Shown here: positions 1 to 10,485 of the stretch, piece after piece
Layout of the letters: every line of letters starts with the position of its first letter
Position numbering within the stretch: position 1 is the first letter of the stretch
IMG/VR virus record: IMGVR_UViG_3300020429_000539
Span: 300,263 to 364,262 of that record
Source: a virus
Lineage: Duplodnaviria > Heunggongvirae > Uroviricota > Caudoviricetes
Direction: 5' to 3' (one strand)
Length of the DNA stretch: 64,000 bases
Notes under the pieces: generated by a model
Told to the model about the DNA's origin: nothing
What the model saw: only the letters and a program-made list of their open reading frames with translations
Database searches by the model: none
Program-made: the position numbers and the translations under genes

Positions 1-520
1 TATAACGGGTATCGTTCCGTCTGCAAGTATCTTTTATGCAAAGGCTATCAACGACCAAGGTCAAGGCAACCATGGAGCGGTTCAGGCATCGATACTATAT
101 GCTATTGTTCAGCAAGTAGATATTATCGTGATGGCCTTTGGTTCAGATACTCGCCATCCTTTGCTTCAAGATGCTATCAAAAAGGCCTACAACAGCGGTA
201 TCTGCATGTTTGCGGCGTCTGGCAATGTTAGCTCAAAAAGTAGAGATATGCTGTTTCCTGCTAAGTTTGAGCATGTTATATCAGTTGGATACTCTGGCTC
301 AAAAACTATAGAGAAAATCAAAGAAGATGCTCCGGGTATTGCGTTTCCTTTCAAGAGTTTAGATACTACTTTCAAGGGCGACAAATACATTAAGATGTCG
401 GGTACGAGTATTGCTACTCCTGTAGCAGCGGGCATGGCTGCTTTGATTATACAAAATAGTAAAAAAAGACCCGAGCCTAAAGAGGTTTACAGAAAGATAA
501 TGGCATATTGCAAATCTTGA
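1..520 (+). CDS. Subtilisin-like (S8) serine peptidase, 5'-truncated by the window edge
   Basis: The frame is open from base 2 (ITGIVPSASIFYAKAIND...). It has the oxyanion-hole motif AASGN and the catalytic-Ser motif SGTSIATPVAAG typical of subtilases. Confidence 0.9.
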   Translation, partial: ITGIVPSASIFYAKAINDQGQGNHGAVQASILYAIVQQVDIIVMAFGSDTRHPLLQDAIKKAYNSGICMFAASGNVSSKSRDMLFPAKFEHVISVGYSGSKTIEKIKEDAPGIAFPFKSLDTTFKGDKYIKMSGTSIATPVAAGMAALIIQNSKKRPEPKEVYRKIMAYCKS

Positions 521-525
521 ATATC

Positions 526-560
526 AAGGATTTTTAGCCTTTATCGAGAAATACTAGAAG
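526..560 (+). promoter_or_regulatory. Putative phage late promoter, AAGG-N18-GAAATACTAGAAG
   Basis: Intergenic. Near-identical boxes (AATATCAAGG...GAAATACTAGAAG) recur upstream of the tape measure gene at 26280. Confidence 0.7.
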
Positions 561-587
561 GCGATTTGCTTGATGGAGAATGTCTAA

Positions 588-2348
588 ATGCCGCATGTCC
601 CACGTAATAAATCTAGCGCAGGCGATGTCGATGCGGCTGATGTTACATATGCGCCAGCAGACAATGCGGATTTTGGCGGCTCGGACCCCGGTAACGTAGA
701 TGACGCTCTTGACTACATTGCCGATTGCTGTGCAGGCAACTCTGATTTGCTTGATGAGCTTCTCCCGGCAGCGGCCCCTGACCTTAGTAGTATGTCTGCT
801 TCGACTGGTGTCACGGGCAATCTATCATTTGGGCCTTCTGCCGGCTCGAATCCCGCAGGATATACAAACCATCCTACTCTTGATATCGGCGATACAATTA
901 ATACGACCTCGCCGAACCGAGGTATTATATCTGCTACAACAGACCCGACAGGCACCCTCGCAGACAATGTTACGGCTGATCCAAATGACTCGTATCCGGC
1001 GAATGCTTTTGGGCCGGGAGACTCTGGTACACTGAGTTTACTTGTTAATGGCTCATCTGTTCATAGCGTAGACTTGTCTTCGTTTGGTTCTGGCGCGAGC
1101 GTCAACGGCAATGGAAGCGGTTTTACGTTGTCCGCTGCCACATCGGTTCAGTTTCCTAATGGCAACCCATTTGCGACTCGCAAATACAGAACAGGCACTT
1201 GGGTTGTAGATAATGCCGATCTGCGAACAGGATACAACACTATTCAAGTTCAGCATGCAGAGACAACGACCAATACGACACAGACTTTTGTCTACATCGT
1301 AGATGATGATACCACGGCAACTACCATATCAGGACAGGAGTTTGTAAGCCTCAGCGCAAGCGGCAGTAAGTATATATCTGGAGTTGAATATCATACGTCT
1401 GCTTCGGCTACCTTTAGGGCCGATATTAGCAATGCGTATCGCAATACGTATTCTAGTTCGTCTTCGGCTGTATCATATCCAACTCCAAATAACTGCTCTA
1501 TCAGCAGCCAAGCCTTGACAACTCCAACAGAGTATACGGATACGTTGACAAACTTTGGACAGACCGCGACTCTTAACGCAAGTCGAATCATTACAAATCT
1601 TACCACATACGATGGCTTTAGGGCACGGACCCGTGTTCTTAGGACTATACAAAGCACCGTAACCGCAAGCTACGTTGAGGGCTTCAATCTGTTGATTGAT
1701 ACCGTTTCAGATAATGCAACAGACCTCAATGACAATATGATTGGCGAAAGTTATCGCATTCCAAGCAACGCAGACTTTGATACCGACTTATCTTCGACTT
1801 GGGATGAAACTATATCTCTTGTCTCTGCGACGGCTGGTTATTCTGATGGTTTGCAGGTTATCAATGGGACTCTTGATTATCCGTCGCTTGACTTTACAGC
1901 GGCGACGGATGGTCCTGCGGGTAATCCTGATTATTCATCTGCTTCTGGTACAAGATATTGGTATAGATACTTCACAAATGCTACGGGAGCAGGAAACTTT
2001 AGACTAATACTTGAAGGTAATGCCTCGGTTATTGCTGAATCAGCTAGTTTTACAGGTGGCTCTCATACTCAAGTTAAGATATCTGTCAAGTTTCCTCAAG
2101 GCGATGGGTCGGGAACAGGATGGCTTGATATTACTCAAAACTTTGTTCCTGGTTCTTGGAGTGACGGAGATGGCTGTTATGCATCTTCGTTCGGTAACGA
2201 CACAATACTTCCAACTTCTAACTGGGGCATATCGATAGGAACAAGAAACTCTGCCGATGCATATGATAAGATGTATGTAAGAGTTACGACTGACGCCAAT
2301 TTTACTGGCGATTTGACACGTTTTGGAGTTGAGTGGGCAGTAACATAA
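588..2348 (+). CDS. Virion structural/appendage protein, Ser/Thr/Gly-rich and beta-rich (586 aa)
   Basis: GGAG RBS. The N-terminal DAADVTY...NVDDALDYIA motif is typical of phage fibre proteins. First gene of the fibre cluster. Confidence 0.6.
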   Translation: MPHVPRNKSSAGDVDAADVTYAPADNADFGGSDPGNVDDALDYIADCCAGNSDLLDELLPAAAPDLSSMSASTGVTGNLSFGPSAGSNPAGYTNHPTLDIGDTINTTSPNRGIISATTDPTGTLADNVTADPNDSYPANAFGPGDSGTLSLLVNGSSVHSVDLSSFGSGASVNGNGSGFTLSAATSVQFPNGNPFATRKYRTGTWVVDNADLRTGYNTIQVQHAETTTNTTQTFVYIVDDDTTATTISGQEFVSLSASGSKYISGVEYHTSASATFRADISNAYRNTYSSSSSAVSYPTPNNCSISSQALTTPTEYTDTLTNFGQTATLNASRIITNLTTYDGFRARTRVLRTIQSTVTASYVEGFNLLIDTVSDNATDLNDNMIGESYRIPSNADFDTDLSSTWDETISLVSATAGYSDGLQVINGTLDYPSLDFTAATDGPAGNPDYSSASGTRYWYRYFTNATGAGNFRLILEGNASVIAESASFTGGSHTQVKISVKFPQGDGSGTGWLDITQNFVPGSWSDGDGCYASSFGNDTILPTSNWGISIGTRNSADAYDKMYVRVTTDANFTGDLTRFGVEWAVT

Positions 2349-2349
2349 T

Positions 2350-3303
2350 ATGGCCTTCGAAGCAGCAACAGAAAGAAATATCGCGCTCAAAAAGCTGTTG
2401 GCGAAAGCTCATACGACCAATAACAAAGGCGTCAACAACGAGGCTATCGCTTCGCAGATTTCTATTGCTGCAAACCAAATTATAGGCGAAGTTATTCCGT
2501 CAGACCCCGCAACGGCCTACCATCTGGGTCTTGTTGAGTTCGTAGAGGCAGAGCTTGAGCTAGATAATACCTCAAGCGGCAAGAGCTATCGTTTAAAGTT
2601 TCCTGACGATTATGGCGGAGATTTTGGTTCGGGTTCGCAAGGGCTCTACATAGGCGATGTCACGTTTGCGGTTCCGTTTTTCTACAACGATAATCCTGTA
2701 CAGAGCGATGACAGCGGAGGGTATCAGCCTCGTCTGTTTGATAATGGCGTAGAAGTGCCTCTACTTGACGCGAGCGATTGGTTTTTTGACTATTTTGCAT
2801 GCCTATTGACATCAGAGGATGACTTGAGTCTTGGTTCTACTGGAACAGTTCAGTTGTATATCTATACAGGAACGACGGTTCAGGACCATATCGATGATAC
2901 AGCCAATCCTCACAACGTTGTACCCTCGCAGGTCGGTGGCATCGCTCTTTGGCAGCCGTTTACAGAATACTCATCTGGCTCCTTTGTCTACTATGATTTG
3001 TCAAGTTCTTTGGGAGATAGCAATTTTTCGAATGGAATCTATGTTGCGACAAGTTCGCATACGTCTAGCGCAGCTTTTTCTTCAGATCAAGCAAACTGGA
3101 AGGCATTAAACTCATCTTTTCAGTATGATCAAGGAGTGGGAGCCTCAACTTGGACTATAGACCATAATTTGAATAGATATCCCACTATTACCGTTTTGAG
3201 TTCTTCTGGTTTTCAAATTGAGCCAGAGGTAGAATACGTTAATCTCAATAGAGTAACATTAAGGTTCTCTCCTGCTGCTAGTGGGACAGCGTACATGAAT
3301 TAG
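2350..3303 (+). CDS. Virion protein with a CBM5/12-like module and a C-terminal small beta domain (317 aa)
   Basis: WQPFTEYSSGSFVYY...YVATSSHTS...W resembles a chitin-binding-type module. The C-terminal WTIDHNLNRYP domain is common in phage fibre adaptors. Confidence 0.55.
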   Translation: MAFEAATERNIALKKLLAKAHTTNNKGVNNEAIASQISIAANQIIGEVIPSDPATAYHLGLVEFVEAELELDNTSSGKSYRLKFPDDYGGDFGSGSQGLYIGDVTFAVPFFYNDNPVQSDDSGGYQPRLFDNGVEVPLLDASDWFFDYFACLLTSEDDLSLGSTGTVQLYIYTGTTVQDHIDDTANPHNVVPSQVGGIALWQPFTEYSSGSFVYYDLSSSLGDSNFSNGIYVATSSHTSSAAFSSDQANWKALNSSFQYDQGVGASTWTIDHNLNRYPTITVLSSSGFQIEPEVEYVNLNRVTLRFSPAASGTAYMN

Positions 3304-3310
3304 GTGATTT

Positions 3311-6300
3311 ATGGCCCGTGAGTTTTTTACAGATATTGACCTCAATCAAAACGAGATGCAGTTTATGGTTATGCATCCGCTCGCCGCCGCTCCGAGTAGT
3401 GGAACCGAGGTTGAAGGTCAGATGTATTATGATACCATCGCTCAGCAGCCTTTCTTCTGGAACGGAGCGTCATGGACTTCGATGTCTTCCGGCGCGGCAT
3501 CTAGTGTTCCGTTCGGTGGTATCACAGGCGGCACCAATACTTCCGCAACAATGTTTGTGGGTACGGGCGCTTCTCTTTCATTTACGGGCCTTGGAACCAT
3601 TAATGCCAACTTGCTCGATGGCCGTGTTGTTGATGCTCCTGCCGCTCAAGATGGCGAGTTTCTTATCTTTACAGGAGGCTCCGTTAATGCATGGCAGTCT
3701 CGCAAGATTGTTGCTTCAGATTTTCCCGAACTAGAACTCAATGACCTTGTTGATGTTGATATAAATGCAGCTAATGATGGAGATTTACTTCAATACATCG
3801 GTGGTTCTATTAATGCATGGGCAACAGTTCCCGCGAGCGCTATAACTGCTGACCTTGGCGATGCAGTTATTCTCAATCCTGCGAGCAGCACACGCAACGT
3901 TATTAGCAACACGGATGGCTCCGCGCACACGTTGCTGACTATAGAAGCTGGTAGCGCTAGCACTTATGACTTATTTGTAGTTAACAATAGCTCTAGCAGC
4001 GATATATTTACAATCTCTAGCGATGGCGACGTTGTTGTTCGTGGAACTATACAGGGCGGCGGTTCTGCTGGTGCAGCAGATTCTACGGCATTTATCCTTG
4101 ACAATAGTGGTATCGGCGGTGGCCCTCGCACGTTCACCTTTCCAAATGCTAGCGGCGAGATTATTACCGACAATAGTACTCAAGATATTACAGGTAGAAA
4201 AACATTTGATTCAGGAGATTTGAGACTTGAAGGCGTAGTTGCCACTCATGGCTGGGCTTTCTCGGCCAACAAAAGCAGCGGTGGTTTTGATACTCTTCAT
4301 ATTCCTCAGCCAACGTCTGATGTCGATGTTACCATGCTCATCACGGAGGACACTCTTACTGCGGCTGGTAACTTTGCAGTAGCAGTAAATACGACTGAGG
4401 GTCTTGTTACTTTCCGAGATATACAAAACTCTGACATAGCTAATATTCTTGCTCTTGGCGATTTGACAGATGTTGACTACAGTGGTGGCGGTCCCTCTGA
4501 TGGCGACTTACTTGTTTATCTTGGCGGTTCTGTCGATGCATGGGTCCATCGCAGCCCAGAATCTATACTAACTGACCTGTCATACCTCAAGGGCGGCGGC
4601 TCAGCGAATCAGGTTGCATATTGGGATGGAGCCGACTCGCTTACGGGTGAGTCTGAATTTACATACAATGGAACCGATCTAACACTTTCTGCAACAGGCT
4701 CATCGCTTCATCTTACAAGCTCAACTTCTGGCGTTACTATCGGTTCTAGCTCGGTCGCTCATGCTTCTGATGAAGCAATATTGATTATTAGCGATGGCGG
4801 AAGCGATGATGTTACCTTTAGGACTGCAAACAACTCGGCTGATGCTGCTTCTGCTCTAGAGTTTCAAAAAGCCAGGGACACGATTGCTTCGCCTGATGCT
4901 GTAATCAACAACGACATACAAGGCGAAATTAGATGGTTTGCGCATAATGGTTCTGCTTATGTAGAAACAGCAACTATTGTTGCTCAATCTACTGAAAATG
5001 CTAGCGTCAGCGGAGTAGGAACTCGTCTTGTATTTTCTACCATTAACGATGCGTCACCGGGCTCGCCTACAACTAAACTCATACTCGACGATGACGGCGT
5101 AAAAGCACAAGATAACTTCTATGTCATTGCTGCTTCTTCTGAAGTTACTACTCAGACTCTTTTCCGTAACAACGGAACGGGTGAAATCACGGTCGGCGAC
5201 TACTCGTTGGCGAATCTTTCTGATGTTGAGATTACTGGACCTGGTCCAACGGAAGGCGACATACTTGTTTATCTTGCGGGTTCTGTCGATGCCTGGGTTC
5301 CAAGAGACCCCAACTCGTTCTTGGATGAGTTGCCATACGTAAATGGTAGTGGAAATGTCAATCAGGTTGCTTATTGGGAAGATAGCGATACGCTGACCGG
5401 CGAGGCCGCGTTCGCATACGACCCAAGCTCAAATGCTCTAAGCGTAACCTCGGGAACGGTAACGAGCGGCGCATTTATAACAGGCGCTGGCTCTGTTTCT
5501 AGTCCATCTCTAAGATTTAGCGGCGATGCTAACACAGGAATATACCAGGTAGGGGCGGATTCTGTTGGTATATCCGCTGGCGGAGTGAATGGCATAACGG
5601 TAGCAGAAAGCCTCTCTACTATCAATGTTACTGTTAGAGATAATCTAAGGCTTAGTAACGGGACAAACTATGTTGGTTTTGGTCTTCCTTCTCTCGCCGG
5701 AGACACGAATTATACGTTGCCTGCGACTGCTTCTTCAAGCGATGGTCAGGTTTTGTCATCCACTACAGCCGGTATTTTGGGCTGGGTTTCTATCGGTTCT
5801 ATACATGGTTCTGATACGGACTTTGCATCACAATATGTATTCAATCAGCCAGCGACAGCAACAAGAAATAATGTAACCTCGCAAGGAGCCACGGTTGTTC
5901 CTTTGCGTCTTATTGGAGCTTCTGGACAAACAGCTAACCTATTCGAGATAGAGGACAACTCAAACACTAACTTGTTTGTTGTTGATGCAAGCGGTAACGT
6001 TACCATCACGGGCGACTTGACCATCAACGGAACAACAACAACTGTTGATACAACAAACTTGATTGTTGAAGACAACTTTATTGTTGTCAACTCGGCTGGC
6101 ATTGTTCAGGATGCCGGTATTGAAGTTGAGCGAGGCGGCGCGGGCAGCGGCGATAACGCTTTCTTGCGATTCAGCGAAAGCACTAATGAGTGGTATGTCG
6201 ATAACGGTACTGTCTCGCATTTGATGGCGAGAAAGTACGTTGAAGAGATTACCGGCGATGATTCGACGACAACGTTCAACATATTGCACGACATGGGTTC

Positions 6301-6448
6301 GCTCTATGTGTTGGTTCAAGTCTTTGATTCAAGCACAGGAAAGCAAGTAGAAATAGACGTAGACGTATTTAGCTCTGACCGAGTAGACCTCAACTTCAAG
6401 GCTGCTCCCGCTGGCGGTCAAAGCTACCGCGTCATCGTAGTGGGTTGA
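3311..6448 (+). CDS. Long tail/head fibre protein (1045 aa)
   Basis: Repeated fibre motifs: LxDLxDV..DGDLLxYxGGSVxAW (about 4 copies), NQVAYW x2, GNVTITGDLTINGTTTTV, and YTLP..DGQVL. Confidence 0.8.
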   Translation: MAREFFTDIDLNQNEMQFMVMHPLAAAPSSGTEVEGQMYYDTIAQQPFFWNGASWTSMSSGAASSVPFGGITGGTNTSATMFVGTGASLSFTGLGTINANLLDGRVVDAPAAQDGEFLIFTGGSVNAWQSRKIVASDFPELELNDLVDVDINAANDGDLLQYIGGSINAWATVPASAITADLGDAVILNPASSTRNVISNTDGSAHTLLTIEAGSASTYDLFVVNNSSSSDIFTISSDGDVVVRGTIQGGGSAGAADSTAFILDNSGIGGGPRTFTFPNASGEIITDNSTQDITGRKTFDSGDLRLEGVVATHGWAFSANKSSGGFDTLHIPQPTSDVDVTMLITEDTLTAAGNFAVAVNTTEGLVTFRDIQNSDIANILALGDLTDVDYSGGGPSDGDLLVYLGGSVDAWVHRSPESILTDLSYLKGGGSANQVAYWDGADSLTGESEFTYNGTDLTLSATGSSLHLTSSTSGVTIGSSSVAHASDEAILIISDGGSDDVTFRTANNSADAASALEFQKARDTIASPDAVINNDIQGEIRWFAHNGSAYVETATIVAQSTENASVSGVGTRLVFSTINDASPGSPTTKLILDDDGVKAQDNFYVIAASSEVTTQTLFRNNGTGEITVGDYSLANLSDVEITGPGPTEGDILVYLAGSVDAWVPRDPNSFLDELPYVNGSGNVNQVAYWEDSDTLTGEAAFAYDPSSNALSVTSGTVTSGAFITGAGSVSSPSLRFSGDANTGIYQVGADSVGISAGGVNGITVAESLSTINVTVRDNLRLSNGTNYVGFGLPSLAGDTNYTLPATASSSDGQVLSSTTAGILGWVSIGSIHGSDTDFASQYVFNQPATATRNNVTSQGATVVPLRLIGASGQTANLFEIEDNSNTNLFVVDASGNVTITGDLTINGTTTTVDTTNLIVEDNFIVVNSAGIVQDAGIEVERGGAGSGDNAFLRFSESTNEWYVDNGTVSHLMARKYVEEITGDDSTTTFNILHDMGSLYVLVQVFDSSTGKQVEIDVDVFSSDRVDLNFKAAPAGGQSYRVIVVG

Positions 6449-6451
6449 TAA

Positions 6452-8833
6452 ATGGCCGAACGACGTTTCTTTACAGACCTAATTTTAGGCTCTGACAACA
6501 TGCAGATAGGCTTTGGGACAGGAAACCCCGAAAGCTCTGTAACTGCTGATGTCGGTTCGTTGTATCTTAGAAGCGATGCCACCGATGCTGGCAATTCCCT
6601 TTGGGTAAAGAATTCAGGCACGGGCGATACGGGTTGGCTTCAAGTCGGAACCATGCCTAATGGTTCAACAAGTGGTGATATACTGTTTGTTGGTCCTGAT
6701 GGAAACTTGCAGCATGACGGAAATACTGATTTTATTTGGGATTCTAGTAATAATAGATTAGGAATCAATACAGCAAGCCCAGATGCGGCCATCCATGCTT
6801 TTGATAACGGTTCAGCAACTTCTAGATTGATATTTGAAACAACAGATGTTACTAATTTTCCTGGTGTTCAGTTACAGTGGGATAGTACTGGAACAAGAAG
6901 CGTCTTGATGCGTGGCGCTGCGACAACATCGCTAGCGACAACGGGCGCAGGAAATGCTACAGAAATACAGTTCTATACTAGAGACTCTGGTGGAACTCTC
7001 GCTCAGAACATTATTTTTGACCAAGATGGTCATATCAATATCAATACGGGAAACGAGCTTCGGCTTTGGAACTCAACAGGGTGGACAGGCGGTAATTACA
7101 TTGGCCTCTCTGCTTCTGGAGCAACGGGAACACAGACTTACATTCTGCCTAATTCCGTAGGTTCAAGTGGTCAGTATCTTGAGCTTGACAATGCAGGCAC
7201 CGGACAACTGGTTTGGTCAACACCTGCCGGTGGCGGAGGCGGCGCAACGACTCTTGATGAGTTAGACGATGTAGATGCTGACCCTGCCCAAGATGGAGAT
7301 ATTCTACAGTTTATCGCTGGCTCTGTTAACGAGTGGCATCCTACTGATCATGTAGACTTATCTTTTGTTGAATCTCCAATAAGATCAACTACAGGCGTTG
7401 CTCCTTTTGTAATACCTGATTTTGATGGCAAGCTTATTACAACAAATCCTTTGAATAGTAGTCCTGATTCCTATGCCTATATTGGTCATCCTACTACCAC
7501 TAATGGCGGCGCTATTCTTCTTGGTGCTGGCAATAGCGCGGCTTCTTTGACGCTTACAGGGACAAATATAGGAGGAAGCGCTTTCTTTCAAGAACTTGCT
7601 GGCGGTGCGATTTTATGGCAATCTTTTAATCTATCTGGAGACCTTACTAGTCCCACAGCCGTTGCAGACGCTCCCGGCGTGTTTGCTGTATATCAGGATT
7701 CTGATGGCACAGGACAAGCTCAATCATTTGGTTATTTCCAAGCAAGCGGATATAACGGTTCTTCTTATGCAAATTCATGTGTCCTCGGCGCGTTTTATGA
7801 CAAGGATGGTCCTTCCATTAGTGAACTCGGTGCTGGCATGCCGGGTAAATGGATGTTTTGTACTTCTAATGGTGTCAATGAAGCATTCCCTCAGCCAGCG
7901 TTTTCTGTATTTTCTGATAAAGCCGTCGAGGTTGTGCGAGGAACTTTTCGTATCCGCCTTGGCAATGAGATGCAGCTATGGAATGCAGATAATGATGCAT
8001 ATGTTTCTCTTCGTGCGCCAGAGTCGCCGTCGAATGGTAGCGACAATGAAGTAAACTTCATACTACCTGATAGCACCGGCCAAGATGGTCAAGTCTTGAC
8101 TACAGATGGCACGGGAGCGATGTTTTGGAAAGATGGAGGCGCGACACAGTTTGAGATTAGTCAGGCTGTTTCTTTGGACCTTTTAGATGCTGTTTATTAT
8201 GATGGCAGTGATTGGCAAAAAGCACAGGCAGATGCAGCAAGCACGCTTGGTACCCATATAGTTACCGAGGTAAACGGAGACTATTACACTCTTACGCAAG
8301 CAGGTCGCATATTCTCCACGGGCCACGGCTTGACGCCAGGTGAATACTATTTCGTTTCGGATAGCGTTGCAGGCGGTCTAACCTCAACCGAGCCTTCAAC
8401 ATATAGTAATCCTTTGGTATTCGTAGAAGATGAGAACATTATCCATGTTCTACCTTTTAGGCCATCTATAAATAGTGCGTATAGCGATGTTCCGTTTATT
8501 AAGGGCATTGGCATTGAAAGTCCTGGTGGCTCTGAAGATATTACGATGTTCTTCACGGATGATGCCATAACCATAACGCAGATGAACGCGGTGCTTCGAG
8601 GCTCTTCCACTCCATCGGTGACATGGACGGTGCGTCATGGGTCAGACCGAAGCGCAACAGGTACAGAGGTTGTTACAAGCGGAACAACCACGACAAGCAC
8701 GACTTCTGGCTCAGAGGTTACGTCGTTCAATGATGCAACTATTCCTGCTGGTTCTTGGGTCTGGCTGGAGACTACCGCACAGAGCGGAACAGTCGATGAG
8801 ATAAACGTAACTATAGAATACACAAGGGATTGA
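6452..8833 (+). CDS. Tail fibre protein (793 aa)
   Basis: Contains GTGNPESSVTADVGSLYLR, NNRLGINTASP, and YILP..GQYL / FILP..GQVL fibre motifs, plus a C-terminal beta-sandwich. Confidence 0.75.
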   Translation: MAERRFFTDLILGSDNMQIGFGTGNPESSVTADVGSLYLRSDATDAGNSLWVKNSGTGDTGWLQVGTMPNGSTSGDILFVGPDGNLQHDGNTDFIWDSSNNRLGINTASPDAAIHAFDNGSATSRLIFETTDVTNFPGVQLQWDSTGTRSVLMRGAATTSLATTGAGNATEIQFYTRDSGGTLAQNIIFDQDGHININTGNELRLWNSTGWTGGNYIGLSASGATGTQTYILPNSVGSSGQYLELDNAGTGQLVWSTPAGGGGGATTLDELDDVDADPAQDGDILQFIAGSVNEWHPTDHVDLSFVESPIRSTTGVAPFVIPDFDGKLITTNPLNSSPDSYAYIGHPTTTNGGAILLGAGNSAASLTLTGTNIGGSAFFQELAGGAILWQSFNLSGDLTSPTAVADAPGVFAVYQDSDGTGQAQSFGYFQASGYNGSSYANSCVLGAFYDKDGPSISELGAGMPGKWMFCTSNGVNEAFPQPAFSVFSDKAVEVVRGTFRIRLGNEMQLWNADNDAYVSLRAPESPSNGSDNEVNFILPDSTGQDGQVLTTDGTGAMFWKDGGATQFEISQAVSLDLLDAVYYDGSDWQKAQADAASTLGTHIVTEVNGDYYTLTQAGRIFSTGHGLTPGEYYFVSDSVAGGLTSTEPSTYSNPLVFVEDENIIHVLPFRPSINSAYSDVPFIKGIGIESPGGSEDITMFFTDDAITITQMNAVLRGSSTPSVTWTVRHGSDRSATGTEVVTSGTTTTSTTSGSEVTSFNDATIPAGSWVWLETTAQSGTVDEINVTIEYTRD

Positions 8834-8834
8834 T

Positions 8835-10043
8835 ATGCCTGATACGTTCCGAGTTACAACATATGAATTAGAAGCAAATACGTTTACCGGAACAACATAT
8901 GATCTGACTCTAAACAATGATTTAGAGGCAAACTATTTTGTCATGGTAAATGGCGGAGCCGAAGGCAACATAACTAGAAATGCCGGAGATAATCATTGTA
9001 GAGTGACCGCAGACCCTTTTGGCACGGGCTTTTTGTCTACTTCTTCTGGGGCAGACGTTATAACTCTTTCAAGGGGGCTTAGCAATGATGCCTGGATAGG
9101 CACAGTCACGGTTATTGAGTGCTTAGGCGATGCTTCTGCAAGCGGGTTTACGTTGCTCGATGTAGTTAACCTTCAGTATGTTACTGCATCTGATACTATA
9201 TCGACGGCAACATCTGCGGCGTGGTCAGATATAAACCAGGTTGGATTGTATGGGGGCTTTAGAGGAGGAGGTAGTTCTGGCGTAGGAAGTTCGACGGCAA
9301 ACGGAGCCCATGATTGTAAGATATATCCCAGTGGAACTACCACTGTTAATGGCTTAAGAGATTTGACAGGCAAATCTGTATCATCGGTTGATTTTACGGT
9401 TTATGTTGTTGAATGGGGCTCTGAATGGAATATCCAAAGAGTTAATGTATCAGGCAATGCCGGTGGCGATGGAGCTAATGTTACAGGAGAATATGTAACA
9501 GCAGCTATATCATCTGTAACTAGAGACAATACTTTTGTTTTAGGATATGGAGTTACCGATGACGGCGGTATCGGCGACTCTTTCGGAGGCCGATTAGTTG
9601 TACTTGGCGATGGAGTAAACCAGAATGCAAGCGAAACATCTGTTGCTTGCGGTGGAGAGTATCCTGACAATATTGATGTTGAAGTATATGTTCATGAACA
9701 CACTGGCTTGGCTGTAGATTATAGATTCAAGGCAGACGGCGACTCAACTATAACAACTTATGACCACACAGTCGATGCTGCCCTTAGTTCAGAGACATAT
9801 AATACAACTTCTACAGTTTCTACAACAGAGGGCTATCGAGCGGCTATACAGTATAACGGATGCAATGGTACCGGAAATGCTTTTCCAAGACCTTATTTTG
9901 GTGCCAGACCGACAGCCTCTACGACAATAAATGTTATGAGAGGCTACAACGGTCAAAACTGGCCTGCGTGGGTTCAGTCTGTTGATATGAGCGGTATAAC
10001 CTATACAGCAGGAGGCGCTCGTAGGATTTTTCATGTTTTATAG
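8835..10043 (+). CDS. Putative fibre-tip/receptor-binding protein (402 aa)
   Basis: Starts 1 nt after the fibre gene. Beta-rich with internal repeats (VTVIE/VYVVE/VYVHE). Confidence 0.5.
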   Translation: MPDTFRVTTYELEANTFTGTTYDLTLNNDLEANYFVMVNGGAEGNITRNAGDNHCRVTADPFGTGFLSTSSGADVITLSRGLSNDAWIGTVTVIECLGDASASGFTLLDVVNLQYVTASDTISTATSAAWSDINQVGLYGGFRGGGSSGVGSSTANGAHDCKIYPSGTTTVNGLRDLTGKSVSSVDFTVYVVEWGSEWNIQRVNVSGNAGGDGANVTGEYVTAAISSVTRDNTFVLGYGVTDDGGIGDSFGGRLVVLGDGVNQNASETSVACGGEYPDNIDVEVYVHEHTGLAVDYRFKADGDSTITTYDHTVDAALSSETYNTTSTVSTTEGYRAAIQYNGCNGTGNAFPRPYFGARPTASTTINVMRGYNGQNWPAWVQSVDMSGITYTAGGARRIFHVL

Positions 10044-10059
10044 ATATTGAGGTTTATTT

Positions 10060-10485
10060 ATGGCTAACAACGCTCTGTCAAATGTAGCAGGCATTCCATC
10101 AGGCGGTAATCAGGGAGATGTTCTAACCAAAGATTCTGGCTCTGATTATGATACTATTTGGAGTCCAAACTCAAATAAAGTATGTTTGCAGTATACGATT
10201 CCTGACCCTGAAAATAGAACGTACAAACTTTTTCAGTATGTTCCCGTGGCTTTTACGCTTGAAGATATTTACTATGACCTTGATGTCGGAACATGCTCTC
10301 TCAACGTGAGATTGGAAGCTGTAAGCGTTGGCGGTTGGAGTTCTCTTTCTGCCACAACTACCGAGGGAACTGCATCGGCAACAAGCAATGACAGTGTGGC
10401 CGTGGGCGACACTTTGGATCTCGTGGTTTCTTCTGTCTCTAGTGCCGATATGCTCAGTATCACTATAGTTGGAACTGAATCATAA
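10060..10485 (+). CDS. Short fibre adaptor protein (141 aa)
   Basis: Has the fibre motif PSGGNQGDVLTKDSGSDYDTIW. Its C-terminal beta-sandwich resembles the end of the 793-aa protein. Confidence 0.6.
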   Translation: MANNALSNVAGIPSGGNQGDVLTKDSGSDYDTIWSPNSNKVCLQYTIPDPENRTYKLFQYVPVAFTLEDIYYDLDVGTCSLNVRLEAVSVGGWSSLSATTTEGTASATSNDSVAVGDTLDLVVSSVSSADMLSITIVGTES

